Positions 7,520 through 15,482 of a stretch of 29,026 nucleotides of DNA are shown piece after piece. Position numbers and translations under genes: made by a program. How positions within the stretch are numbered: the stretch's first letter is position 1; each line of letters begins with the position of its first letter. The notes beneath the pieces were generated by a model, which saw nothing but the letters and a program-made list of their open reading frames with translations, made no database searches and was not told the DNA's origin. The stretch is from a virus (lineage: Duplodnaviria > Caudoviricetes), in the IMG/VR virus record IMGVR_UViG_3300032013_000005, positions 1 through 29,026 of that record; one strand, 5' to 3'.

Positions 7520-9133
7520 TTACTCCATTGCAAGGCGTACTAACTCATCATCTGGGAGTTCCATCCACCCATAGGGCTTTTGTTGCTGTTGAAACACCAA
7601 CGCTGCATGCTGCTCTTTGGCCTGCTGTAAGCGCAGCATCTTCGCATCTTCATACGGCACACCCCACTTGATATAGTTCTCAGCGGTGTAGCGCCAACTG
7701 CACGCAATATCGGCAAAGTACATGTCTTCAGTAGGCTTTTTGACTTGACTCTTTTCAGGATAGTGATAACCGCCTTCTAATGCACCAATGAGAATAGGGC
7801 ACTTCTCACTGATTAAGATCATCTCCATGCCGCACTGACATGCTGCTTTCGGCTTGAGCAGTCCTCGCATGTATTGCAGTGATGGCTCTAACTCTAAGAA
7901 ACGCCACTTGAAGGGGAGATGGTATTCATGCATGAGAATCTTCATATCACTGCGACCATCACGACTGGAGGAGCTGTTGCGCCATCCGGCTCTATCACCA
8001 CAATTGAGGACAAGCTTTGCCTCTTTGTAGAGCGCATCCATATGGGGTTTGTGGTGGAGCTTGTACAAATCGTGTACGGTTAAGTTGAAGGCTTCGCCGA
8101 CTTCAGATAAGGTGAGCAGATGATTACTGTTGAACTTGCACTTGTAGATATGGTGATAGGTAATGCCTGGATGTCTGAAGCCGAAGTCCCAACCGCATAT
8201 CAGCGGGAGGAGTGGATTAAACTTGAGGCTTGCCACATGCTTGCGATGTTCAAACTGCGGGAACACTGGTATGCCCTTGTATGCAGCAATAGACTCGCCA
8301 AACACCACACGACGAATGGTTCCATCGCTCCTATTCATCTGTCGTTGTGCACCAATGAGTGACTTGGCGTAGCCACCACCAGTAAATGGGTTGTCGAGTG
8401 TTTCACCCTTCAAAAACTCGACGGTATCTTGCCCAATCGTGCGGAGTCCAGGTGTACTGCCGAAGAGCTTATGGAGAAAGTGACCGTATGGTGGCGGATT
8501 CGATGAGAGCATACCGTGTAATGCGCCATGTGGTCGTGTTGTCTCGTCATATGTACGCGGATCAAACCGTACATGTGGTAAGCGTAGACGAGAGAGTAAG
8601 CCAGCCGTAACATTCGTGCCGACAAAGAATTCCTCCACGCACTCCAACGCATCATCCACCCAGAAGAAACCATGATCAGCACCTAAGCCTTGTCTCCAGT
8701 TCTTTCCGTGTATAGCATGTAGCTCTGAGCCGTTACTGAAGATGATTTCGGTGAAGTTGCCCTTTTCTTTCACGGCGTAAGCAGGTGGTGAGATGAGTTC
8801 ACGCTCTATCAGCCGTTGAATGCATTCCATCACTTTCCGCCAGCTTGTATCGAACAGCTCACCAAAGTTATGCCGAACCACCACACCACGGTTCTTCGGA
8901 ATGCTTAAGCTGAGATAGACACATTTCGCAGCAAAGCCTTCTGACTTGCCTCCACCAACACCGCCCTGCATGAAGAGATACATCGCTGTCGAGTTGAAGA
9001 TGTTGTGCTGTTGCGGCAAGATGTGTTGATGTGGTTGCTGTTTCTGCACACCGAAGAACTTCTCGCACTGGTCCTTGGGAAGCATGCAATCAGGTAAGAA
9101 GTTGTGCAGTGCTGGTACAGGATAGCTACGCAT
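7520..9133 (-). CDS. terL: Terminase large subunit
   Basis: Q motif 'LPQQ', Walker A 'GGVGGGKS', Walker B 'FFWVDD', coupling motif 'SSNP', 'TLDNPF', and RNase H-like nuclease motif 'GWDFGFRHP'. Confidence 0.95.
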   Translation of the reverse strand: MRSYPVPALHNFLPDCMLPKDQCEKFFGVQKQQPHQHILPQQHNIFNSTAMYLFMQGGVGGGKSEGFAAKCVYLSLSIPKNRGVVVRHNFGELFDTSWRKVMECIQRLIERELISPPAYAVKEKGNFTEIIFSNGSELHAIHGKNWRQGLGADHGFFWVDDALECVEEFFVGTNVTAGLLSRLRLPHVRFDPRTYDETTRPHGALHGMLSSNPPPYGHFLHKLFGSTPGLRTIGQDTVEFLKGETLDNPFTGGGYAKSLIGAQRQMNRSDGTIRRVVFGESIAAYKGIPVFPQFEHRKHVASLKFNPLLPLICGWDFGFRHPGITYHHIYKCKFNSNHLLTLSEVGEAFNLTVHDLYKLHHKPHMDALYKEAKLVLNCGDRAGWRNSSSSRDGRSDMKILMHEYHLPFKWRFLELEPSLQYMRGLLKPKAACQCGMEMILISEKCPILIGALEGGYHYPEKSQVKKPTEDMYFADIACSWRYTAENYIKWGVPYEDAKMLRLQQAKEQHAALVFQQQQKPYGWMELPDDELVRLAME

Positions 9134-9419
9134 CAGTGCTCCTTATGCTCAGGTGCAGCAGCCTCTCAACGAGTGCAGTCATTCTCCGCCGGATATCGGC
9201 GTTCGGGTTCGCTGCAAGCTCATGGTAATAGCGTGGTGGATGCCATGGACTAAAGGCACCTGTGACAATCAGTTCACTACAGTGACATATGTGACAATCG
9301 TATTCAGCGTTGTCCGCATCATAGTGATGGAGGAGTGCCCGATGCTGACAATACAAGCAGACTGGTGATGCTTCTAACGCATGCAGCTCTTCAGGTTGTA
9401 GTGTGGTGATGACCCACAT
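9126..9419 (-). CDS. Hypothetical Cys/His zinc-binding protein, 97 aa
   Basis: CxxC-H...H...CxxCxC pattern; overlaps the TerL start. Confidence 0.65.
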   Translation of the reverse strand: MWVITTLQPEELHALEASPVCLYCQHRALLHHYDADNAEYDCHICHCSELIVTGAFSPWHPPRYYHELAANPNADIRRRMTALVERLLHLSIRSTDA

Positions 9420-9422
9420 CGC

Positions 9423-9581
9423 TTAGAATCTCCCCATAAGCAACCATACCAGCAGCGCAACAAGCAGGATAGCAATGATGCTTGATGGTGCATAGCCGTA
9501 CTGATGAAAGCCCCAGTTGCCTGAGACTTGTGGAAGACCGAAGATGAGCAGGATGATCAACACGATGAGAATAAGCGTCAT
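9423..9581 (-). CDS. Small two-TM membrane protein, DUF3309-like (not in the ORF track)
   Basis: MTLILIVLIILLIFGLPQVSGNWGFHQYGYAPSSIIAILLVALLVWLLMGRF*. The LP...GY-x-PS...LLMGR pattern matches DUF3309. TGATG coupling with the upstream ORF. Confidence 0.8.
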   Translation of the reverse strand: MTLILIVLIILLIFGLPQVSGNWGFHQYGYAPSSIIAILLVALLVWLLMGRF

Positions 9582-9877
9582 CAATAATCCCTCACCGTGG
9601 TGAATTTCCCAGCGGCACTATCCACCCGTTGCAGTCGCGTAATCTTAAAGTATCGATTCATGAACTGGGCTGGATCACGCACGCTTTTCATCACCAGGAC
9701 ATACCGCCCATCTTCCACATCGAAATCAGGATGATCGAGATGGATTTCTGTGGTACTTGCGTCCACATTGCGTGTCATCGTGACCACACCCTGATCTGTG
9801 AAATCAACAATCTTTTGTTGCATCTCTGGTGCTGCTGCTTCCAGGATACTCCTCGCTACCACTAAGACGCCTCGCAT
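9581..9877 (-). CDS. Hypothetical protein, 98 aa
   Basis: Strong AGGAG RBS. Confidence 0.75.
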   Translation of the reverse strand: MRGVLVVARSILEAAAPEMQQKIVDFTDQGVVTMTRNVDASTTEIHLDHPDFDVEDGRYVLVMKSVRDPAQFMNRYFKITRLQRVDSAAGKFTTVRDY

Positions 9878-9974
9878 GATTTTCTCCTCTTGTCTTTCAG
9901 CGCAATGATTGATAGAATGAGTACTCCAGACATGCGTGACTCACTCCAGTGTTCCGTGTGCTGTGGTGCAGCCG

Positions 9975-10011
9975 GTCTCTGCGTTGGGCATGATCTCCCC
10001 CACGCAGAGAC
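9975..10011. other. Intergenic stem-loop
   Basis: GTCTCTGCGT (9975-9984) pairs with ACGCAGAGAC (10002-10011), plus an inner GGG/CCC. No U-tract follows. Confidence 0.6.
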
Positions 10012-10019
10012 TTGCAGCA

Positions 10020-10355
10020 TCACCGACTGAACTTCTCGGTCGTTTCCATAATCCTACTCAGCAGATTTGCTCGCCAGTTCTCAACGCGATGCACTCGCTT
10101 CGCTTTGCCTATGCCAATGATACTGCCATCAGACTGACGCTTCACGACCGCTAAGCGGATCGCATCAGCACCAACTGTTCGTACTTGTTCACCAACGAGA
10201 CTTGTATACACTCGTAAGCATATGCCGTGCTTGATGATCTTCCCATACACCAGTTCTCGCGATTGCGCCGTGATCGCATTGATGCGTGTGAAGCCAATAG
10301 CGGTAAGAAAGTTGTGCATATCTTCGGTCTTAATAGGCTTGAACTTCGCCGCCAT
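10020..10355 (-). CDS. Hypothetical basic phage protein, ~111 aa
   Basis: Start moved to MAAKFKPIK (AAGGAG RBS). Contains the motif 'LRVYTSL...R-x-VG-x-DAIR...RVHRVENWRANL'. Confidence 0.75.
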   Translation of the reverse strand: MAAKFKPIKTEDMHNFLTAIGFTRINAITAQSRELVYGKIIKHGICLRVYTSLVGEQVRTVGADAIRLAVVKRQSDGSIIGIGKAKRVHRVENWRANLLSRIMETTEKFSR

Positions 10356-10366
10356 GGCTGATCTCC

Positions 10367-10804
10367 TTATACTGTAGTAGGTGCTGTTACTGCGTCCCAC
10401 TCAGACCGTGCACTGATGAGATGGTCACTATCACCAGCAAAGACAAGATATGGATTAAGGAGAAGCACTTGCTTCTTCAACTTGCGTATGAGATCCGCAT
10501 AGTATAAATGCGCCATGGCGTCGTAGATAGCTGTCACACCAACATCGAATCTTGCAGCAAGATATTTCGCATTATATGCGACAACATTCCCATACGGATA
10601 GCTCAAGTCTGATGCGAAGCAATAGAAGAGACAATAGGACAAACGAGGTGCCTGCTTATGCCGTAACCGCCGATCTACCACATCATAGCTGTGCTTGTAA
10701 TGAATGACGTAACACTCTGGTCTCGATTGTCGATGTTTGAGCACCATAATGCTATCTCGCGGTAGGCTGTATGGTTTGTATGCTTGCAATGGATCAGGTT
10801 TCAT
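10367..10804 (-). CDS. Winged-HTH protein resembling plasmid/phage RepL-type replication proteins
   Basis: HTH 'AKYLAARFDVGVTAIYDAMAHLYYADLI' followed by the wing 'LLLNPYLVFAG' (NP-x4-5-G motif). GAGG RBS. Confidence 0.6.
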   Translation of the reverse strand: MKPDPLQAYKPYSLPRDSIMVLKHRQSRPECYVIHYKHSYDVVDRRLRHKQAPRLSYCLFYCFASDLSYPYGNVVAYNAKYLAARFDVGVTAIYDAMAHLYYADLIRKLKKQVLLLNPYLVFAGDSDHLISARSEWDAVTAPTTV

Positions 10805-10864
10805 GGTATACTCTGTTCCTCTGTATGGGGTGATGCCTGTGCAGTGACGGTCTCCACTCCGGTC

Positions 10865-11040
10865 TGACGATGCTCACCTGGTAGGACGCGACAGCCTACC
10901 AGGTCGTCACCTTCTCAAGTATACCACACTAGCCTATGAAAATCCACCCATAGCGGTATTTCAGCCCTCTTTTGCGGCTCTTTTTCCACCTATAGCCACT
11001 CTTTTTTGAGCTAAGCCTCTGAATCATAACGAGTTATGGC
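10865..11040 (-). promoter_or_regulatory. Promoter, leader hairpin and iteron-like repeats upstream of the RepL-like gene
   Basis: Extended -10 TGgTATACT (10926-10918); hairpin ACCTGGTAGG/CCTACCAGGT (10876-10904); TCCACC(C/TA)..TAGC-like repeats near 10943 and 10985 with T-tracts; IHF-like motif at 11012-11040. Confidence 0.5.
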
Positions 11041-11174
11041 ATTGCCCTTCTAAGATATAACCTGCTCCAGTGATGTGAGTAGCCTGGCGGTGCCTGCTCC
11101 GCAGCCTACGGCTGCTACGCTCGGATTTTTTCTGCACCTATGCATAGATAGTGCACACTGCTCACTTGTGCCGT

Positions 11175-11308
11175 TGAGCCAGGGTTGACATGCTAGGACA
11201 CGGCACGCTAGCATTTGGCGACAACGCCGTCGCGAGTCAGCACCTGACTCTCGACGGCGGACTCGCCGAAGGCAGCGTGCTGGGGCCGCATGTCAATGCT
11301 GGCGCTCA
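11175..11308 (+). promoter_or_regulatory. Long fold-back element E2 (ssoA/Frpo-like), homologue of E1
   Basis: Stems TTGACATGC (11185-11193)/GCATGTCAA (11288-11296), GCACGCT/AGCGTGC, CGCCGTCG/CGACGGCG and GAGTCAG/CTGACTC. Carries TTGACA-N18-TAGCAT. Confidence 0.7.
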
Positions 11309-11413
11309 GCAGTCAAATCAGCTTGCTCACCTGCGCGTAGCGCCCAGAGTGGCTCAGTGCTCATTTGTGCAGGTGCACAGAAGTGTCTCTTGACTCCATG
11401 TGCGGAGCACCTT

Positions 11414-11824
11414 ATGCTGAACCCCATGCGCACTTACCATGCACATCGGACTCGATTACAACAGTTCATCCAATCATCATTTACTCCGGTGATCCTGGTA
11501 AAGCTGCTCAACTGTCGAGTACGACCACTGCGTTGTGGAAGCGTGTGTGGTAATGCGCTAAAGTATGCAGTTCATAGCTTGCTGACTGATGAGCAGAAAT
11601 GCGCGTTTACGCGCAAGATCACTCGACATGTGCTGAGGATATGCTTCCCTGATGACTTTGTATCATTGCTGTTGATTGCAGCGTTTGAGCCATCTGGGAA
11701 ACCAAGTGAACAGAACCGAGCCTTGTATTACTGGTTACTCCACAACATCTATAGTGATAGCATAACCAGTATGATCGCTGACTGGCTTTTAGCAAAGAGG
11801 TGCGAAGCACTTGGACCCAAGTAA
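11414..11824 (+). CDS. Hypothetical protein, ~136 aa
   Basis: GGAG upstream of ATG 11414; first ORF of the rightward operon; start uncertain. Confidence 0.55.
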   Translation: MLNPMRTYHAHRTRLQQFIQSSFTPVILVKLLNCRVRPLRCGSVCGNALKYAVHSLLTDEQKCAFTRKITRHVLRICFPDDFVSLLLIAAFEPSGKPSEQNRALYYWLLHNIYSDSITSMIADWLLAKRCEALGPK

Positions 11825-12065
11825 GATCGTCTACTGCTGTACCAGATGCCAGCAGCTTCCCTGCCGATGCATTCGTGATAGTAGTCGCGTCACCTTTCAG
11901 ATTCTTCAGTGCAGTGCACCACACTGCAACTACACCACCTATACGGCTACAGACCTCCAGAATCATCATCTCGCTGCGCATGAGCGCTCGTACATCTTCA
12001 TTGCGGATCAATCTGTCGTGGAACATACCAATGGAGGTGCGAAGCACGATGGAACACATGTTTAG
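11811..12065 (+). CDS. C2H2 zinc-finger protein, 84 aa
   Basis: GAGG RBS plus TTG start. C-x4-C-x12-H-x4-H (CSAPHCNYTTYTATDLQNHHLAAH) and an N-terminal CCxxC-x4-CxC. Confidence 0.65.
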   Translation: MDPSKIVYCCTRCQQLPCRCIRDSSRVTFQILQCSAPHCNYTTYTATDLQNHHLAAHERSYIFIADQSVVEHTNGGAKHDGTHV

Positions 12066-12447
12066 ATCAGCTATTGCTGACGATCCTGATGCTATTCCAC
12101 TTGACGTACCGAATCAAGATTCTGGCGAAGCCGATGCAGCAAGTGTTGATATGGTCTTAGTGTTGTCGAGTGAACTGGTCTGCCAGATAGCCGAGAAGTA
12201 CTTCAACAGCACTATGCTGAAGAAGAAAGTGAAAGTGCTCGATCTCCAAGCAACCGCAGCAGGCTTAGTGCAGTTTAGTGTTGCTTTTACTCTTGATCCA
12301 GTAGGCGTCACTCCAACACGACTTGAGCTTATTCCTTCAAGCATTCCTCCTGCGGCTTCAGCCGCTCAGCAGCCACGAACAGCAAATGGCAAGTTCAGGA
12401 AGTCTTCAACAGCGGCTTTAGCCGCAAAGGTGAAAGATCATGAGTGA
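12049..12447 (+). CDS. Hypothetical protein, ~132 aa
   Basis: Start moved to ATG 12049 (GGAGG RBS); the ORF-track extension overlaps the C2H2 gene. Confidence 0.7.
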   Translation: MEHMFRSAIADDPDAIPLDVPNQDSGEADAASVDMVLVLSSELVCQIAEKYFNSTMLKKKVKVLDLQATAAGLVQFSVAFTLDPVGVTPTRLELIPSSIPPAASAAQQPRTANGKFRKSSTAALAAKVKDHE

Positions 12448-12874
12448 AACTCCGCGAAGTGGTAGTGGTAGTGGTGATACTGCGCGTAGCGCTGGTGATG
12501 AGATCACCACGAGTGAAGGTCCACGGAGAACAGCACCACGGACCAGTAGCACAGGTGTTGGTGGCGAAGTGACACAGAGCGAACGTGATGTTGCTGAGCA
12601 TGAACGCCAACGGACACAGCTACGTCAGAGTGGCGAAGCCAGTACAACAACATCAGAGACACCAGCCGTAGCGTCTGCACAGCAGGAACTCTTCAAAGCT
12701 GACTTCACGTCAATGCGTGAGCACATTAACGCATTGCGCAATCATGCCATGACTCTGCCCAACTCTGATGCACTCGCTGAGGTGCTGTTAGCGGTTGAAA
12801 GTGCCGAACTAGGCATTAGCCGTGCAGAGCGTTTAGTGCTCAATCTCCCTGATGAGAGCGCGGAGCGCCCATAA
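12440..12874 (+). CDS. Hypothetical protein with disordered N-half and helical C-half, 144 aa
   Basis: AAGGTG RBS; overlaps the previous stop; S/T/G/E-rich N-terminus. Confidence 0.75.
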   Translation: MSETPRSGSGSGDTARSAGDEITTSEGPRRTAPRTSSTGVGGEVTQSERDVAEHERQRTQLRQSGEASTTTSETPAVASAQQELFKADFTSMREHINALRNHAMTLPNSDALAEVLLAVESAELGISRAERLVLNLPDESAERP

Positions 12875-12883
12875 GGATACGCT

Positions 12884-15481
12884 GTGCGAAAACATGAGAG
12901 ACGTGTGAAGCGCAGCCTTCCCTTTGCTGTTGTGAGCATGTTTATCCTCGCTATCGTACTGATTGCTGGGTTGAATGTGCTTATGTCGGTAACGCGCTAT
13001 ACGCCTGATCCATCTGAAGAGAAGCGTGAAGCGCAGGTCGATTTGAGTGCGCGAAGCGCCAGTGCGCAATCACAGCAGACCATTCAGCGCATCATGAATG
13101 ATGTGTGGGATAAGACCGGTAAGCGCATCATGACGACACCATGGGCTGGTGCGCAAGGCACAAGCCAAAGCGAAACGTTCATCTGGAATGATGTGTGGGA
13201 TCAAGCGAATCATCTCATCAGAACATCTGGCGGAGCTGGTCCGAGTGGTCCGAGTGGTCCAGTCAACTTTACTGACCTTATCGGTACAGCCAGTGATGCA
13301 CAGATTCCCAACTTGAACACGCTCAGTACTGGTCTTACCCCATCTCGATGCGTGCAGACTGATGCAGTTGGTCATCTGAGCGTAGCTTCTGATGCGTGTG
13401 GCACTGGTGGTGGAGGTGGTGGAGATAGCACACCTGAGAACGTGGTCAGTGCACAAATTGTGTGCGATGGCACGACTGATGTTGGGCCAGCGCTGCAAGC
13501 CCTCTTTGATAGTGTTCCTGTTGGGACACGCATTGCACTCCCTCCTGGTATTTGTTCGCTGAATCAAGCGCTGGTTATTAATCAGTCCGTAAGCCTGGAA
13601 GGCGCTGGTATGAATCAGACGACCTTACGGCAAACGGTCTCCAATGCTCGCGTACTCACTGTCCAGACGTATAGTGTCACTATAGAAGGACTAACCTTCA
13701 GCCATAGTGGTACACCCACTGCTGGTGGTGATGGTCTTGTGGTCCTTGGTCCAGGTGGTGTTCCGATCTTTGCTGTGACGATCATGAATACCATGGCAAC
13801 GCATAATTGGCGAGGATACGCCATAGGCCCTGTATCCTATGCACAGATGGCGCATGTCTGGGCTATGAATAATGATAGCCATGGGTTTGAATTCCTCTAC
13901 ACAGCGGCTGATGGTGGTGGTTCGCAGCAGTGGCATGTGCTCAATGCGCTCTCGCAACAGAACCTTGGTGCTGGCTATTATGGCAACAACACGCTTGCTG
14001 CGAATGGTATTGGTCCCTGGCTTACAGAATCAATCAGCTTTGCCAATAATGCTGGTGGCTTTGTCTTCGTCGGCTCATCCGGGCATATGATTAGTGCCGT
14101 TCGCTTGAATGCTATTGATGCGAGTACGGATAATGTGCATGGTGTCTATCTCGACACCTTTGGTGGTTCACACCAGCTTGTCATGCCCAGTGTTGAGAAT
14201 GTCGGGCTGAATGCTGGCATTCCTATAGGCTCTGCAGGAACGCTCTCTGTGGCGAGCAATACTGGTCATGGTATTGAGGTCACGGCTAACAACAACTACG
14301 GTGTCATGATCAATGGTGGGACCATCTGGAATAATAGCTGGAGTGGTATTGTTCTGAACGCACCATCCAGTCAGCTTATTGGTGGTCAGACAGTCGGCAA
14401 TGGCAAAGCACTTATTGCTGACCCGACAAAGCGTGCAGCTCTCTATATTGGTGGAAACAACACGTTAGTTGATGGTCATACCTTCCAGTTCATTGGCGAT
14501 GGCTCGACACAAGATTACATCACGCTTGCTGGTGGTGTGACCGGCACGGTTATCGGTGTCAATAGCTATGCCGCAGGTCTCGCAGCAGAAACGAGCACTC
14601 TTGCAGGTTTACCTGCTGGCTCAACCGATTTCGTTGGCACTGGTGGACCTGGCCAGGTGTTGAAGCAGCTCAGTGTTGGTGGTCCGGTCACAGTAGGCCC
14701 ACTCAGCTCTGGTGAGGTTGGTTTAGGCAATGTAGACAATACCTCAGACACCACGAAGAATAGCAATCCAGCGGTCCTCACCAACAAGCAGATTGTTGCA
14801 CGAATTCCAACGTGTACTGTGACTGGATCAGGTCCATTCATCATCACGCCTAATGCCGATACAACTGATGTCTGCGAATCGTATGCGATTACTGGAGCAC
14901 TCCAGATAGCCAACCCTACAGCAACAGGTTCCAACCCACGTCCACATCAACGGCTTGAATTCGCCCTGAAGGCGGCTACGCCACAAACAGTGACGTTTAC
15001 AGGTTCCCTCTATGACAACAGTTGTGGTCAACCACTGCCGACAAACTTAACAGGTGATGGCTCCACAACCGATCACTTCCTCTTCGCCTTCAACCCCAAC
15101 ACCAATAAGTTTTGTGCACTGGCAAGTTCACGAGCACCAGCAAAACGGCTCAACACCTTCACGAGTGCGGTTGCCAGCCCCACACTCACCTGTGTCAGTC
15201 CAACAACAGACCGCTGTCAACTCACCGCTACTGGCGCAACCGGAACGATAACCATAGCGAATCCAACGGGATTGCCAAATGATGGTGATATGATGATGAT
15301 TGCACTGCTGTGCAGCGCCGTGCATGCTGTAGCGTGGGATACGCAGTTTGTTGGCAGTCCCAATATTCCCTTACCAACCACAGCAGCGTGCCCAGCAGAT
15401 ACCGCAAAGTGGACCGTGTTTGGTGTGCAGTACAGTGCAAGTTTGGCTCCGCCAAAGTGGCAATTGTTAGGAGCGAATTAG
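12884..15481 (+). CDS. Membrane-anchored tail-fibre/tailspike-like protein with a pectin-lyase-like beta-helix, 865 aa
   Basis: Basic N-terminus plus TM helix (aa ~12-36); beta-helix cap 'DGTTDVGPALQALFD...IALPPG'; fibre motif 'VGLGNVDNTSD'; two tandem C-terminal domains ('TTD..IANPT..LPT..F.(F/Y)..K(F/W)') typical of phage fibre ends; 12 Cys. Confidence 0.8.
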   Translation: MRKHERRVKRSLPFAVVSMFILAIVLIAGLNVLMSVTRYTPDPSEEKREAQVDLSARSASAQSQQTIQRIMNDVWDKTGKRIMTTPWAGAQGTSQSETFIWNDVWDQANHLIRTSGGAGPSGPSGPVNFTDLIGTASDAQIPNLNTLSTGLTPSRCVQTDAVGHLSVASDACGTGGGGGGDSTPENVVSAQIVCDGTTDVGPALQALFDSVPVGTRIALPPGICSLNQALVINQSVSLEGAGMNQTTLRQTVSNARVLTVQTYSVTIEGLTFSHSGTPTAGGDGLVVLGPGGVPIFAVTIMNTMATHNWRGYAIGPVSYAQMAHVWAMNNDSHGFEFLYTAADGGGSQQWHVLNALSQQNLGAGYYGNNTLAANGIGPWLTESISFANNAGGFVFVGSSGHMISAVRLNAIDASTDNVHGVYLDTFGGSHQLVMPSVENVGLNAGIPIGSAGTLSVASNTGHGIEVTANNNYGVMINGGTIWNNSWSGIVLNAPSSQLIGGQTVGNGKALIADPTKRAALYIGGNNTLVDGHTFQFIGDGSTQDYITLAGGVTGTVIGVNSYAAGLAAETSTLAGLPAGSTDFVGTGGPGQVLKQLSVGGPVTVGPLSSGEVGLGNVDNTSDTTKNSNPAVLTNKQIVARIPTCTVTGSGPFIITPNADTTDVCESYAITGALQIANPTATGSNPRPHQRLEFALKAATPQTVTFTGSLYDNSCGQPLPTNLTGDGSTTDHFLFAFNPNTNKFCALASSRAPAKRLNTFTSAVASPTLTCVSPTTDRCQLTATGATGTITIANPTGLPNDGDMMMIALLCSAVHAVAWDTQFVGSPNIPLPTTAACPADTAKWTVFGVQYSASLAPPKWQLLGAN

Positions 15482-15482
15482 T

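Noticed and set aside
11800-12048. N-terminal extension of the 215-aa ORF
   Set aside because: The region is better explained by the C2H2 ORF in another frame, and a GGAGG RBS supports ATG 12049
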